Shown piece after piece: positions 11,931-21,763 of a stretch of 64,000 bases of DNA. Below the pieces are notes generated by a model. The model saw only the letters and a program-made list of their open reading frames with translations, did not search any database and had not been told where the DNA came from. The first letter of the stretch is position 1. Each line of letters opens with the position of its first letter. The translations under genes were made by a program, and so were the position numbers. Source of the DNA: Methanotrichaceae archaeon (GTDB taxonomy: Archaea; Halobacteriota; Methanosarcinia; Methanotrichales; Methanotrichaceae); the NCBI GenBank assembly GCA_963813075.1, contig CAWEXU010000030.1:96001-160000 (forward strand). The letters run 5' to 3'.

Positions 11931-11945
11931 CGCAAACTATATGTA
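11931..11945 (+). promoter_or_regulatory. putative archaeal BRE/TATA promoter for the downstream structured RNA
   Basis: cgcaaa-ctatatgta lies about 25 nt upstream of the first helix; no ORF is served. Confidence 0.45.
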
Positions 11946-11959
11946 TTAATCGTGCCTAT

Positions 11960-12433
11960 GAGAACAGGCCGCGTTTTGCGCTGCAAGAAGCAGAGATCCA
12001 GCAATCCGACTGGGCTCTCAGGCCAATAGAGAGATCAAAATACGCATCCTACCGTAGATGCGCCGCTCCCCAAGGCCTGGTGAGGTGCTGTCCCGTAAAC
12101 AGCATCTAAAGCTCATATGGGGCTTAAAAGGGCGAGAGAGATATGCACGCCGTGATGGGCGTAGCAGCATGCCCTCAAGCTGGATTGTAATTCCTGCACC
12201 CAGGACGCGACAGGTGCTGATAAAGAGACGAAGAGCAGACCCAGCATCCTTCGGTGTATTGGGTTCCCGTGAGACGGACGCTGTGTGATAGTCCAGTGCT
12301 GTGTCGCCTCAAAGCAGCATGATGTCGAGATCTTGGGCGAGGTCAGGCCTGCCACCGTGGTGGTTCTGGCTCCTGTGAATAGGACGCTGTGGATCGGCGT
12401 TGACCCGCCCGGGAATCGATTGTATTCATTTTT
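11960..12433 (+). ncRNA. candidate large structured non-coding RNA of about 470 nt, family unknown
   Basis: No credible ORF; more than a dozen helices with + strand G-U pairs, a CUUCGG-capped hairpin, long-range pairings and a T-rich end (see findings). Confidence 0.65.
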
Positions 12434-12590
12434 AAAAAAATGCCTCTTGAAACTGTTTACAGATCTAATATAATGGCTCTTTCGGTAACCGGCCTTTCTC
12501 TGACCTCATGAATTAGCATTTCAATTCTATCGCCATCTTGAAAAGAGTTAAATCTATAGCCGCCCTTAATATATTGGTATAGGGAAACAG

Positions 12591-14600
12591 ATGATAGAAC
12601 ATAAATTGCACGATAAGGGCATGGGCCCGCAACCGAGCGAACCTCATAAAACACATCGAGGCAGGCATGAAGGCCATGTAACTGAGGATTTCAAAAGACG
12701 ATTCATAATATGTCTGATTGTTACTATTCCAATCCTCGCCCTCTCAGCATTTATTCAAGATCTGTTTCACTTTAAATTAGAGTTTTCAGGCTCTATTTAT
12801 GCCTTATTCCTTTTATCCACATTTGTTTACTTCTACGGAGGATATCCTTTTCTCAAGGGATTTTTCAATGAAATTAGGGATAAAAACATAGGGATGATGA
12901 CACTGATAGCCACGGCCATCAGTGCAGCTTATTTTTATAGTTCGGCGGTGGCCTTTGGCCTTAAAGGTGAAGTCTTTTTCTGGGAGTTAGCCACACTGAT
13001 CGACATCATGCTTCTCGGTCATTGGATCGAGATGCGATCTGTATTGGGAGCTTCCAGAGCCCTTGAAGAGCTCGTTAGGATCATGCCTTCTGAAGCACAT
13101 TTGATCAAAGATGGCCAGACGATGGACGTCAAAGTCGATACCCTCAAACCTGGAGACCGAGTACTGGTCAAGCCTGGTGAGAAGATACCAGTGGATGGGG
13201 CTGTGATCGACGGGGAGACAAGCGTCAACGAATCGATGCTCACAGGCGAATCCAAGCCCGTTACTAAGAGAGCGCATGATAATGTGATAGGCGGTTCCAT
13301 CAACGGCGAAGGCTCAATCTCCGTAGAAGTTCAGAAAATCGGCTCGGAGACTTATCTCAGTCAGATCATCGAATTGGTCAGGCAGGCCCAGGAGAGCAAA
13401 TCAAAGACTCAGGATCTGGCCGATAATGCCGCTCGCTGGCTCACCATAATATCTCTGAGTGTCGGCGCTATTACTCTTGCCGCCTGGCTCTACTTTGGCA
13501 GGGACTCGGCTTTTGCTGTGGAAAGAGCAGTCACAGTTATGGTTATAGCCTGTCCTCATGCACTTGGTCTGGCGGTCCCTCTTGTGGTTGCAGTCTCGAC
13601 CTCACTCGCGGCAAAATCAGGTCTACTGATCAGAGACAGGTCCGCGTTTGAGAAGGCGAGGGACATTCAGGCGGTGGTCTTCGACAAGACTGGAACTCTG
13701 ACTGAGGGCCAGTCTGGAGTAACTGATGTCGTAGCTCTTGCCGGGCTAAGCCACACCGAGGTCTTAAGAATGATCGCTTCTCTGGAGGCATACTCCGAGC
13801 ATCACATAGCAGCAGGAGTTTTAAGAGCCTCAAAAGAGGAAGGGCTCGATCTTAGTCCTGTTCATGAGTTCAGGGCAATTCCCGGAAAGGGGGTGAGTGG
13901 CCAGGTTGAGGGAAATAGCTGGATGGTGGTGGGCCCGGGCTACCTGAGAGAGAACAATATCGACATAAAGGATGATCAATTGAATAAGCTGGCGGAAGAA
14001 GGAAAGACGGTCGTCTTCTTGCTTAGAGAAAACAGGCCCGTTGGGGCTGTGGCCCTGGCTGATATCGTAAGGAAGGAATCCAGAGAGGCAATTGACAAGC
14101 TTAAGTCGATGAATATCAAATGCATGATGCTAACAGGAGACAATCGTTTTGTGGCCAAGTCGGTGGCGGATGATCTGGGCTTAGACGATTTCTTTGCCGA
14201 AGTGCTTCCTCATGAAAAAGCCCAAACCATAAAAAATGTTCAAAAAGAATATGTTGTGGCTATGGTTGGGGACGGAGTCAATGATGCCCCTGCCCTGGTG
14301 CAGGCAGACGTGGGAATTGCCATAGGAGCTGGCACGGATGTAGCTGTCGAGTCGGCGGACATTGTTCTAGTCAGGAACGATCCAAGGGATGTCGCTGGTA
14401 TCGTTAGTTTATCCAAGAAAACATACGACAAGATGTTCCAGAACCTGTTGTGGGCCACCGGCTACAACGCTTTGGCCATCCCTCTGGCAGCCGGCATCCT
14501 CTATGGCTATGGGATACTCCTAAGCCCTGCCATCGGCGCAATTCTCATGAGCGCCAGCACGGTCATTGTGGCCATTAATGCCAGGCTTCTGAAAATGTAG
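12591..14600 (+). CDS. copB: CopB-type P1B heavy-metal (copper) translocating ATPase
   Basis: His-rich N-terminus, [32 protein letters not shown] and YN/MSAST motifs; the CPH motif indicates the P1B-3 class. Confidence 0.92.
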   Translation: MIEHKLHDKGMGPQPSEPHKTHRGRHEGHVTEDFKRRFIICLIVTIPILALSAFIQDLFHFKLEFSGSIYALFLLSTFVYFYGGYPFLKGFFNEIRDKNIGMMTLIATAISAAYFYSSAVAFGLKGEVFFWELATLIDIMLLGHWIEMRSVLGASRALEELVRIMPSEAHLIKDGQTMDVKVDTLKPGDRVLVKPGEKIPVDGAVIDGETSVNESMLTGESKPVTKRAHDNVIGGSINGEGSISVEVQKIGSETYLSQIIELVRQAQESKSKTQDLADNAARWLTIISLSVGAITLAAWLYFGRDSAFAVERAVTVMVIACPHALGLAVPLVVAVSTSLAAKSGLLIRDRSAFEKARDIQAVVFDKTGTLTEGQSGVTDVVALAGLSHTEVLRMIASLEAYSEHHIAAGVLRASKEEGLDLSPVHEFRAIPGKGVSGQVEGNSWMVVGPGYLRENNIDIKDDQLNKLAEEGKTVVFLLRENRPVGAVALADIVRKESREAIDKLKSMNIKCMMLTGDNRFVAKSVADDLGLDDFFAEVLPHEKAQTIKNVQKEYVVAMVGDGVNDAPALVQADVGIAIGAGTDVAVESADIVLVRNDPRDVAGIVSLSKKTYDKMFQNLLWATGYNALAIPLAAGILYGYGILLSPAIGAILMSASTVIVAINARLLKM

Positions 14601-14659
14601 CTGCCGATGGTGTTTGTCCTGGCATATTTGAGATACAATAGTATATAGACAAAAATAGG

Positions 14660-14830
14660 GATCTGAGCGCCAGAAGAATGTGACCACTCCCACCAATAAA
14701 TTGGCAGGCATCTAGGCTTTCGCCACAGACTGTAGCCCCAGTCTGAGAATGTTTATAGCGGCGTTATGGTCCCTATCCAGAGTCAGACCACAGAAAGGAC
14801 AACTATGGACTCTTTCTGATAGATCTTTTT
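14660..14830 (-). ncRNA. predicted TnpB omega/reRNA (right-end scaffold plus flanking guide); 5' limit approximate
   Basis: Follows the established TnpB architecture: the scaffold overlaps the tnpB 3' end and right-end hairpin, and the guide follows TCAC. Confidence 0.6.
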
Positions 14831-15812
14831 GAACCACTTTACCGCAACCAGAGCATATTTGAGATGTGTTTTTGGGATTCACTAGTTCGACACGTTTACC
14901 GGCCCATTCTGCCTTGTAAGATGTGGTAGTTATTAGTTTGCTCCAAGCAGCATCCGATATATGCTTTGCAAGACAATGATTCTTGACCATGCCCTTGATA
15001 TTCAAGTCTTCGAAGGCTATAAAGTCATAGGATTTAACCAGGGATATGGAGAGCTTTTGAACAAAATCATCCCTCTTGTTGGTAATTCTTTCATGAACCC
15101 TATGAACCACTTTTAAGGCTCTAGCCCTTTCCGGTGTTCCTTTTTCTGCATTTGATAGCTTTCTCTGAGCCTTTGCCAGAGCATTTTCTTCATGAACAAA
15201 AAATCTTGGATTATCTACCTGCTCGCCATTTGATAGGGTGATGAAGTTTTTCAAACCCACATCAACGCCTATTGATAATCCGGTATTCGGAAGAGGTTCA
15301 TCCGGTTCAACTTCAACCAGGAAGGATACAAACCATTTTCCGGTAGGCATTATTCTGATATTAAGCCTCTGGATTTCTCCATCTACAGCTCTATGAAGCT
15401 TGATCTTGATATCTCCGATCTTGGATAACCATAGTTTGCCGGGCTTCAGGGAAAAGCCTGATTGAGTATAGGTGAAGCTATCGTACCTGCCATAGCCCTT
15501 GAACCTGGGATATCCCGGGTTTTCTCCTGCCTCGACTCTTCGGAAGAAGGCTTGATAGGCCAAATCAACTCTTTTGACGACTTCCTGTAGAACCTGAGAA
15601 TGGACTTCTTTCAATTCGAGCTTTTCTTCTTTCCATCCTGGCAAAAGCTTCTTGGTATCGTAATAGGAGAGAGATTTGCCTTCTTGCTCGTAAGCGTTCT
15701 TCCTGATGGCTAGTACTTCGTTATAGGTCCATCTGCAAAGCTCCAAGGTGTCAGCCATCTTGGTTCTCTGAGATTTTGTAGGATAGATCCTATAGCGAAG
15801 CACTTTCAGCAA
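14712..15812 (-). CDS. tnpB: TnpB RNA-guided endonuclease
   Basis: YRIYPT HTH start, GYPRFK, RuvC-I GVDVGL, RuvC-II FEDL, zinc finger CSGC/CPFC, RuvC-III DRDHNAAINI. Confidence 0.97.
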   Translation of the reverse strand: MLKVLRYRIYPTKSQRTKMADTLELCRWTYNEVLAIRKNAYEQEGKSLSYYDTKKLLPGWKEEKLELKEVHSQVLQEVVKRVDLAYQAFFRRVEAGENPGYPRFKGYGRYDSFTYTQSGFSLKPGKLWLSKIGDIKIKLHRAVDGEIQRLNIRIMPTGKWFVSFLVEVEPDEPLPNTGLSIGVDVGLKNFITLSNGEQVDNPRFFVHEENALAKAQRKLSNAEKGTPERARALKVVHRVHERITNKRDDFVQKLSISLVKSYDFIAFEDLNIKGMVKNHCLAKHISDAAWSKLITTTSYKAEWAGKRVELVNPKNTSQICSGCGKVVQKDLSERVHSCPFCGLTLDRDHNAAINILRLGLQSVAKA

Positions 15813-15813
15813 A

Positions 15814-16224
15814 TCACTTCACCTTTTGCATCTCTACATATCGTTCTATTACATCCTTGGTAGCATCTCCACAAGTGCCAACATAGTAAGATGGATTCCA
15901 AAGATGGCCATCCCAAAGCTGATCTCTTAGTTCAGGATGCGTTTCAAAGAGCTTCTTTGCCGTAATGCCTTTGAAGATCTTGGCAATGTTAGCAGGAGCA
16001 AATATAGGATGAGCTGTCATGAAGAGGTGAACATGATCCGGCAGGATCTCCTGATTGATCAATGTAATTCCCTTCTGCTTTGCTATCAATTCATGCAACC
16101 AATGAAGGTCTTCGGCGATTGAACCAATAAGAACCTTCCTTCGATACTTTGTTGACCATACGAAGTGATAATACACGTTATAGACGCATCCCCTTGCGTT
16201 TATACAATGCTCTTGCTTAGTCAT
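15814..16224 (-). CDS. tnpA: IS200-type Y1 HUH transposase
   Basis: YHFVWSTKYRRKVL, PDHVH (HUH), LWNPSYYV, catalytic Y in IERYVEMQ. Confidence 0.97.
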   Translation of the reverse strand: MTKQEHCINARGCVYNVYYHFVWSTKYRRKVLIGSIAEDLHWLHELIAKQKGITLINQEILPDHVHLFMTAHPIFAPANIAKIFKGITAKKLFETHPELRDQLWDGHLWNPSYYVGTCGDATKDVIERYVEMQKVK

Positions 16225-16383
16225 TCTGAATTACACATATGGTTACCATATGTATATATATCTATCGATAGGCACGGGCTGTATCCCGCCTTTGAAAAAG
16301 AGGGGATTAGCCCGGAGTTCGTCCTAAACTGGATGTATATCCAGGGGTTATACCAAAGTAGTGGTCGGGTTTGAAGGGCTTTT

Positions 16384-17712
16384 TCATCCCTCTTTTCTCC
16401 AGATCCTCACAATAGTCGCCATTCCCGCCAGGTTTATGACCAGGATCATGACCACCCCCAGAACCCGCCTCATGGCCGCTGGCATGGCCGTCTTTCCTGC
16501 CAGGTCTAAAGCATCATCTCCATCCACCAACACATCCCAGGACATGTCCCCTGCCTTCAGAGTGTACTCTCCCCACTCAAGCCCCCGGAAGACATACTCA
16601 TCATCTCCAGAGGCGTTGGCCAGCCAGGTCCCTCCCTGCCACAGCTCCAGGCTCGCCGGCGCGCCCCTGACCCGCAAAATGCCCCCCTCCCTGACTGGAA
16701 GGACCACACCCTCTGCGGATTTATCCGAGGATATATTCAGCATTGCCAGCACTGTGGGGGCAATATCCACCTCCGACCACCCTCCTCCCAGGTTCAACTC
16801 CTTTATGCCCGGTCCCTGAAAGAGCAGAGGGACCCGCAATGCCTCCAGCTGGGTGGCATACTTCTCTGCCGAGTGGCCGCCCTTTCCTTCCCTGTCCGGA
16901 AAGACCATGCCGTGGTCGGCGGTGACGACCAGCAGGACATTGTTTTTCTTGCAGGCCGCGGCCAGCTGGCCCAGGGGCCCGTCCAGGGCCTGAACCGTCT
17001 CCAGGTAGCCGCTGACGTTCAGATTATGGCCGGCGCTGTCCACTGCTCCGGCATTGACCAGCATGATGAATGGCTTTCCAATGAGGTGCTCTACTGTATC
17101 CGCCGCCGCATCCAGGGCCCAGGCGTTGTAGCCGGCATAGCCAGCCATGCCCTGGGGGGCAGAGTATTGGGCGAACCGGTCCCGCCACTGCAGAAAGAGG
17201 GTGCGCAGGCCCTCGGGGGCATCGGAGCGAAAACCAGGGATCGGCTCAGCACCATGCAGGGCGTTCTCCTCCAGGTACAGGACCGCATCCATGTCCACCA
17301 GGATCGACATCGAGTCTCCCCGCTCCATAATGGCCAGGCATAAATATCCCTCCTCCCTGGCCGCATCGAAGACAGTGGGTCCGAGCTGCTCCCAATCCGC
17401 CTCCGACCTGCCGGTGACCAGGACCGAATGGCTCTTTGAGGTCTCGGGGACGGGCACCCGCACATCCACTGCCCGCGCCCCGCCGCCGGTGAGGTTGAAG
17501 AGCACTGCTTTTTCCAGAGGCGAGCCGTCCAGGGCATAGGCATTGTGCTCCGGATAGACGTAAGAAGACCCCAGGCCGTCTATGACCAGTATGACCGCAC
17601 CCGCGGGCTGAGCCATGGGCCCCACCTGGACTTCCAGAGCGCTGCCGCCGGGCAGCAGTAGCAGGAGCAAGAGGAGGAGATGGGCTGGGATCATCCCTCC
17701 TGGATTGGTCAT
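16384..17712 (-). CDS. membrane-anchored alkaline phosphatase/sulfatase-superfamily metalloenzyme
   Basis: Signal peptide, LVIDGLG, VDSAGH, VTADHGM, VDIAPT and a C-terminal TM helix. Confidence 0.85.
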   Translation of the reverse strand: MTNPGGMIPAHLLLLLLLLLPGGSALEVQVGPMAQPAGAVILVIDGLGSSYVYPEHNAYALDGSPLEKAVLFNLTGGGARAVDVRVPVPETSKSHSVLVTGRSEADWEQLGPTVFDAAREEGYLCLAIMERGDSMSILVDMDAVLYLEENALHGAEPIPGFRSDAPEGLRTLFLQWRDRFAQYSAPQGMAGYAGYNAWALDAAADTVEHLIGKPFIMLVNAGAVDSAGHNLNVSGYLETVQALDGPLGQLAAACKKNNVLLVVTADHGMVFPDREGKGGHSAEKYATQLEALRVPLLFQGPGIKELNLGGGWSEVDIAPTVLAMLNISSDKSAEGVVLPVREGGILRVRGAPASLELWQGGTWLANASGDDEYVFRGLEWGEYTLKAGDMSWDVLVDGDDALDLAGKTAMPAAMRRVLGVVMILVINLAGMATIVRIWRKEG

Positions 17713-17787
17713 CTAAATATTAAAATCTTTCATATGTATCGCTTTAATGGAAAACTCTATTTACTTACAATCCTTACAACATTATCC

Positions 17788-17973
17788 ATGCTTGCTACAA
17801 AAAGAATCCCTGTAACTGAAGCGGTATGGATTGAGCTGTCAGAGCTCAAGTCGGCAGGACAGACCTATTCTCAACTCCTGGAAGAGATGATTGAAGAGAG
17901 AAAGAAGGCTCGACTATTCAGAGATATGGAAAAGATTGAGAAAGAAGGTGAGTTTGTGGAGCTTCCGTGGTAG
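17788..17973 (+). CDS. putative antitoxin (small DNA-binding protein)
   Basis: 61 aa MLATKRIPVTEAVW...TYSQLLEEMI with acidic C-terminus, overlapping the start of the toxin gene. Confidence 0.75.
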   Translation: MLATKRIPVTEAVWIELSELKSAGQTYSQLLEEMIEERKKARLFRDMEKIEKEGEFVELPW

Positions 17974-18257
17974 CCTTTCATATTGTTATCGATAAGGATG
18001 CGTTGGAGTTCATCAACTCGTTGCCCTCTAAGAGCCACCGAATCGTGGTCGAAAAATGCAAAACACTTGCATTCAATCCATTTCCTGGCCAGGGAGACAA
18101 AGAAATTATTCAGCGAAAGGACCATGAAGATATTTATAGGTTGCATATTTCAAGGTCATACACCGCTTTTTACAAAATATATAAAGATGAAAAAATTGTC
18201 AAGATCTTGGACATTATGATTATTGAGCAAGCACACAAAATATATGGTCGAATTTGA
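17967..18257 (+). CDS. RelE/ParE-family type II toxin
   Basis: 96 aa basic protein with IDKDALEFINSL...LAFNPFP...IYRLHISRSYTAFYKI...VKILDI, a RelE-like pattern. Confidence 0.85.
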   Translation: MVAFHIVIDKDALEFINSLPSKSHRIVVEKCKTLAFNPFPGQGDKEIIQRKDHEDIYRLHISRSYTAFYKIYKDEKIVKILDIMIIEQAHKIYGRI

Positions 18258-18360
18258 TGCGTGGATGCTTGTATTTCGAATTTCTTTGTATTATCCGAGC
18301 TGTGATGCCCTAATCGTGACGACATGCAAAAAAAAATTGGATCCCACCAATGCAGGATCT

Positions 18361-19548
18361 TTAAAAGTCGGTCATGACCCTGTACTGATCGATCTCTGTC
18401 TGCTTCAAGCCGGTCAGGAACTGCTCTGTCATGTCGCGAATGTCCCTTGACCTGGTGATCGCCCGGCCTACCACCAGGATGTCCGCGCCCGCGGCCAGGG
18501 CCGCTCCCTGGGTATCGGTGCGAATCCCGCCCGCCACCGCCACCAGAAGCCTGCGTCCCTCCTCGGCCAGGGCTTTGATATCGGGGATGTTCTGCCAGGC
18601 ATGAGCACTCTTCTCCATGTCGATCGCCCGGTGCAGCTCCACCACATCCGGTTTGACATCCAGCCCCTTGAGCACTGCCAGGGGATCTGCCACATTCAGC
18701 ATATCGATTATCGAGTAGATGCCCGTCTTTCTGGCCTCATTTATGGACAGCTCAATGGTCTTCTTGGGAGCGAGCCCGGATATGACCACCGCATCAGCAG
18801 TGGAGTCCGCAGCCAGGCGCACCTCCAGGTTTCCAGTATCCAGGGTCTTCAGATCCAGGATGATAAAAGCCCCCGGCCGGATGGCGCGAATCTCCTTGAC
18901 CACATTCATCCCCAGCATCTTGACCAGAGGGGTTCCCACCTCGATTAGGATGTGGTCGCTATCCGGCAGGGCAGAGAGGACGCGGCGCACCTCGGCCACA
19001 TCCACCAGGTCGAAGGCCACCTGCAGATAAGGCGGATCCCACAGACGGGTGACTCTGAACCCCATGATGGGATGGGTGGAGCGCTCCTTCTCGTAAAGCA
19101 CTTTATCGATATCCGGGAACCCGGCCATCGCCCGCTGGACCGCCAGCTTGGTGGCACCGTAGTTGTAGCGGTATATGGCATCGTAATCAGTAGCCTTGGG
19201 ATCGATGAATACAGATACAATTACCAGCAGATCTTCGGCTCGATCCCGGGGGATGACTCCCTCTTCCACTGAATCTGCCACTGCCTTGGCCACCGCTGTC
19301 TGGGCCGGCCCAAATATTTGAGCCGCCTGGTCCATGTTTTTCACTGTCACTTTTGGAACGATAAGAGTAGAAGGCTTGGGCGGCAGGTTCGGCCTGATGA
19401 CCCCCAGGAGAGGGGTATGCCCGGCCGAAAGCTGGGTCAGCCCGGAGGCAAAAGCCGTTCCCACCGGCCCCTCCTTATCTCCTATGATCAGATCGATATG
19501 TGCTACCTCAGGCCCCTTTCCTATGAGAGCCTCTCCAACTAAAAACAA
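18361..19548 (-). CDS. fae-hps: bifunctional formaldehyde-activating enzyme / 3-hexulose-6-phosphate synthase
   Basis: [14 protein letters not shown] and [11 protein letters not shown] (Fae); [22 protein letters not shown] and VAGGI (HPS); TTG start after GAGGTG. Confidence 0.95.
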   Translation of the reverse strand: MFLVGEALIGKGPEVAHIDLIIGDKEGPVGTAFASGLTQLSAGHTPLLGVIRPNLPPKPSTLIVPKVTVKNMDQAAQIFGPAQTAVAKAVADSVEEGVIPRDRAEDLLVIVSVFIDPKATDYDAIYRYNYGATKLAVQRAMAGFPDIDKVLYEKERSTHPIMGFRVTRLWDPPYLQVAFDLVDVAEVRRVLSALPDSDHILIEVGTPLVKMLGMNVVKEIRAIRPGAFIILDLKTLDTGNLEVRLAADSTADAVVISGLAPKKTIELSINEARKTGIYSIIDMLNVADPLAVLKGLDVKPDVVELHRAIDMEKSAHAWQNIPDIKALAEEGRRLLVAVAGGIRTDTQGAALAAGADILVVGRAITRSRDIRDMTEQFLTGLKQTEIDQYRVMTDF

Positions 19549-19606
19549 AACGATACACCTCGCCCACCGAGTGAGCAATCTCTCTATTTTAATCCTTTTA
19601 TGGGAT

Positions 19607-20848
19607 TCAGATGATCTGCCAGTAGATCAGGGGGGCCAGCGCCAGGAGCATCAGCCCGGTAAAAAGCCTCATTCCCACCCGGTGATCCTTGCGGAAGCGG
19701 TCGACCTTTTCCGGGCTCATCCCCAGGGTGAGGAATCCACCCACTACGATGATCGGCAAGATTACCCCCAGATTGAAGAACATCAGGTAGGCGGCACCGA
19801 CGAAGTAGCTTTTGGAGGAGATGAGATCCAGTATGGCCAGATAGAGCCCTCCCACACAGGGGGCCTTCACCAATGAGAATAGCGCCCCCGCTAAAAAGTA
19901 GGTGCTGAACCTTCCCTTTTCCACCCCTGCCTGGAAGTACTGCAGCGCCCAGTCCGTCCGGAAGAGCGACGCTTTTCCCTGTTTTAACTGGATGGCATCG
20001 ATGACCTGAGACAGGCCCGCCGCAACGAGTAGCACAGTTAAAGCATAGCGGAATGAGGCGGCTATGGCCTCCGAATGTAATAATCTCTGCATCCCCAGGC
20101 CGAAGAGAAAGTACATGGTGAAGATGCCTAAGGAGAAGAATACCACCATCATCATCAGCTCCCGCCTCTTTCCGGATACGGAGAGGATGGACGCTGCCAG
20201 GAAGACCAGAATGCCAAAGAGGCAGGGATTGAAGCCGGCCACAAACCCACCCGCAGTGACGGCCAGGGCAGTGGAAAGAGACAGATCCTGCAGATCGTAT
20301 CCGGCCAGAGCATCCTCCCGCCTCTGGGTGGGGCTGGTGTTGCCGGGGAGAGTGATCGAGGGGGCAATCTCAGAATTCCGGCTCAGATTATTCAGTGCCC
20401 GGAGAATCTTATCCTCGAGGATAGCGGTGTCTCCTTGATAGTCCCGGTAGTCTATGACCTCGACCCCGATGATTATGGCCGGTATATCCCGCGCTTTATA
20501 TTGATTGATGATCCGGTGGCCTTCATCAGTATAATAGTAATAGCTGCTGACATTCAGTGGCACCGTCCGGCTCACCTTCTCCAGAGTCCTTTCAGCAGCG
20601 GCGCATTTGGTGCATCCCGGCGAAGCGATGATTATGACCGGCACCGGATCTGCGCCCGAGGTATTGAGGGCCAATTGGCCGGAGGATAAATTATTCCCGC
20701 TCAGGATACCGTTCTTTCCATCCTCTCCCCCGGTAGGAGAGATTCCGCTGCAAATAGATACGAGCACAATCCCCAGAAATATAATAAGCTGAATAGCTCT
20801 CCTGGCGGACAGGATAAAGGAAGGCACTCCTGGACGGTTCAGTGGCAT
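19607..20848 (-). CDS. thioredoxin-like (CxxC) domain fused to a CcdA/DsbD-type transmembrane domain
   Basis: SPGCTKC, then TM domain with GFNPC and KAPCVGGLY. Confidence 0.85.
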   Translation of the reverse strand: MPLNRPGVPSFILSARRAIQLIIFLGIVLVSICSGISPTGGEDGKNGILSGNNLSSGQLALNTSGADPVPVIIIASPGCTKCAAAERTLEKVSRTVPLNVSSYYYYTDEGHRIINQYKARDIPAIIIGVEVIDYRDYQGDTAILEDKILRALNNLSRNSEIAPSITLPGNTSPTQRREDALAGYDLQDLSLSTALAVTAGGFVAGFNPCLFGILVFLAASILSVSGKRRELMMMVVFFSLGIFTMYFLFGLGMQRLLHSEAIAASFRYALTVLLVAAGLSQVIDAIQLKQGKASLFRTDWALQYFQAGVEKGRFSTYFLAGALFSLVKAPCVGGLYLAILDLISSKSYFVGAAYLMFFNLGVILPIIVVGGFLTLGMSPEKVDRFRKDHRVGMRLFTGLMLLALAPLIYWQII

Positions 20849-20956
20849 CAGTCACCTTATGGTATAGAAGTGATATAAAAAAGAGGTCCTCAATGAATGA
20901 GTTTGGCCGGGAAAGGGATGAAAACTCCCTCCCCTCTCGACCAGACTCATATCATT

Positions 20957-21607
20957 TTACTCTTCAGTTATGTACTTCAGGACGGGCATATCCTCTTCTG
21001 ATGCCTCACTGGACACGAATGCCACAGAGACATCGTCCTCTCCCACCAGGACTATGGTGTAGGGGCACCCTTCTGTACAGACCTCGACCGCCTTCTTGAT
21101 GATGGGAGTCACATCCAGCTCAATCGCACTCTCCAGATCATCCTCATCGATCTTTACGGACTCGGATGAGACATTGAAGTCATATTCTACCTTATCCTTC
21201 CAGGTCAGGGTGTCGAATGTCGCTCCCTCCAGGAAGTAGGCCTTGATCTCGCCCTCATCGTCCACCCGGGCTACATTAAGGGTGAGAGTGGCAGACTTGA
21301 TCTGATCCGGATTGAAGATGCCCTGAGATCCGAAGAGGTTCACATAGCTGAGGCGGGTCTCATTTGCAGCGGCATCATTGCCGCCGGAAGCATCATCGTC
21401 GTCGTCATCGTCGTCATCGTCCTGGGAAGAGACCCACAATAGATCGCTATCCGCAAAGGTTTCCTCCGCTTCAGCAGAACTGGCATAGGTGTCCACATCC
21501 ATTTCCACGGCGAAGCTCCCTGCACTGCCGGCAGCCGCCAGCAGAAAAAGTGCGCCAATAATCGCAAGCAAATATCTCAAACTCGATTCCTCCAGTGAAT
21601 TTATCAA
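20957..21607 (-). CDS. secreted acidic protein with DNRLRE-like domain and poly-Asp insert
   Basis: Signal peptide, DTY, IKSATLTL, TLTW, LDVTPII, FVSSEA...PVLKY. Confidence 0.7.
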   Translation of the reverse strand: MINSLEESSLRYLLAIIGALFLLAAAGSAGSFAVEMDVDTYASSAEAEETFADSDLLWVSSQDDDDDDDDDDASGGNDAAANETRLSYVNLFGSQGIFNPDQIKSATLTLNVARVDDEGEIKAYFLEGATFDTLTWKDKVEYDFNVSSESVKIDEDDLESAIELDVTPIIKKAVEVCTEGCPYTIVLVGEDDVSVAFVSSEASEEDMPVLKYITEE

Positions 21608-21763
21608 TACTGCATGTACCGGTCAATCGATAAAAAAGCTTACCTTCATATGTGGGTTATGTTAGATGATTCCCCGCCATTTCAGTCCTGTTTAGGACCT
21701 ATTCAAAGCTTATATGAGCCATGAATCTTTATAAATAGATCAATCATCAGGAGATGGATCTGT

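Larger units (their letters stand above)
14680..16323 (-). mobile_element. IS200/IS605-family insertion sequence with tnpA and tnpB co-oriented
   Basis: Right end on the minus strand gcctgccaatttattggtgggagtggTCAC (boundary 14680). Left-end hairpin cgggctaatccc...gggatacagcccg (about 16275-16313) preceded by TTAG (16327-16324). AT-rich relative to the host genes. Confidence 0.9.

Noticed and set aside
11960..12433. RNase P RNA, SRP RNA, tmRNA or self-splicing intron as the identity of the structured tract
   Set aside because: I could not find their hallmark conserved motifs by eye; a covariance-model search is still needed
12058..12473. Short ORFs 12058..12288, 12113..12355 and 12285..12473
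   Set aside because: No clear RBS, no recognisable motif and mutually overlapping; better explained as chance ORFs within a structured RNA
21390..21422. (GAY)n repeat, and a similar one at about 56680-56713
   Set aside because: They simply encode acidic low-complexity linkers in secreted proteins
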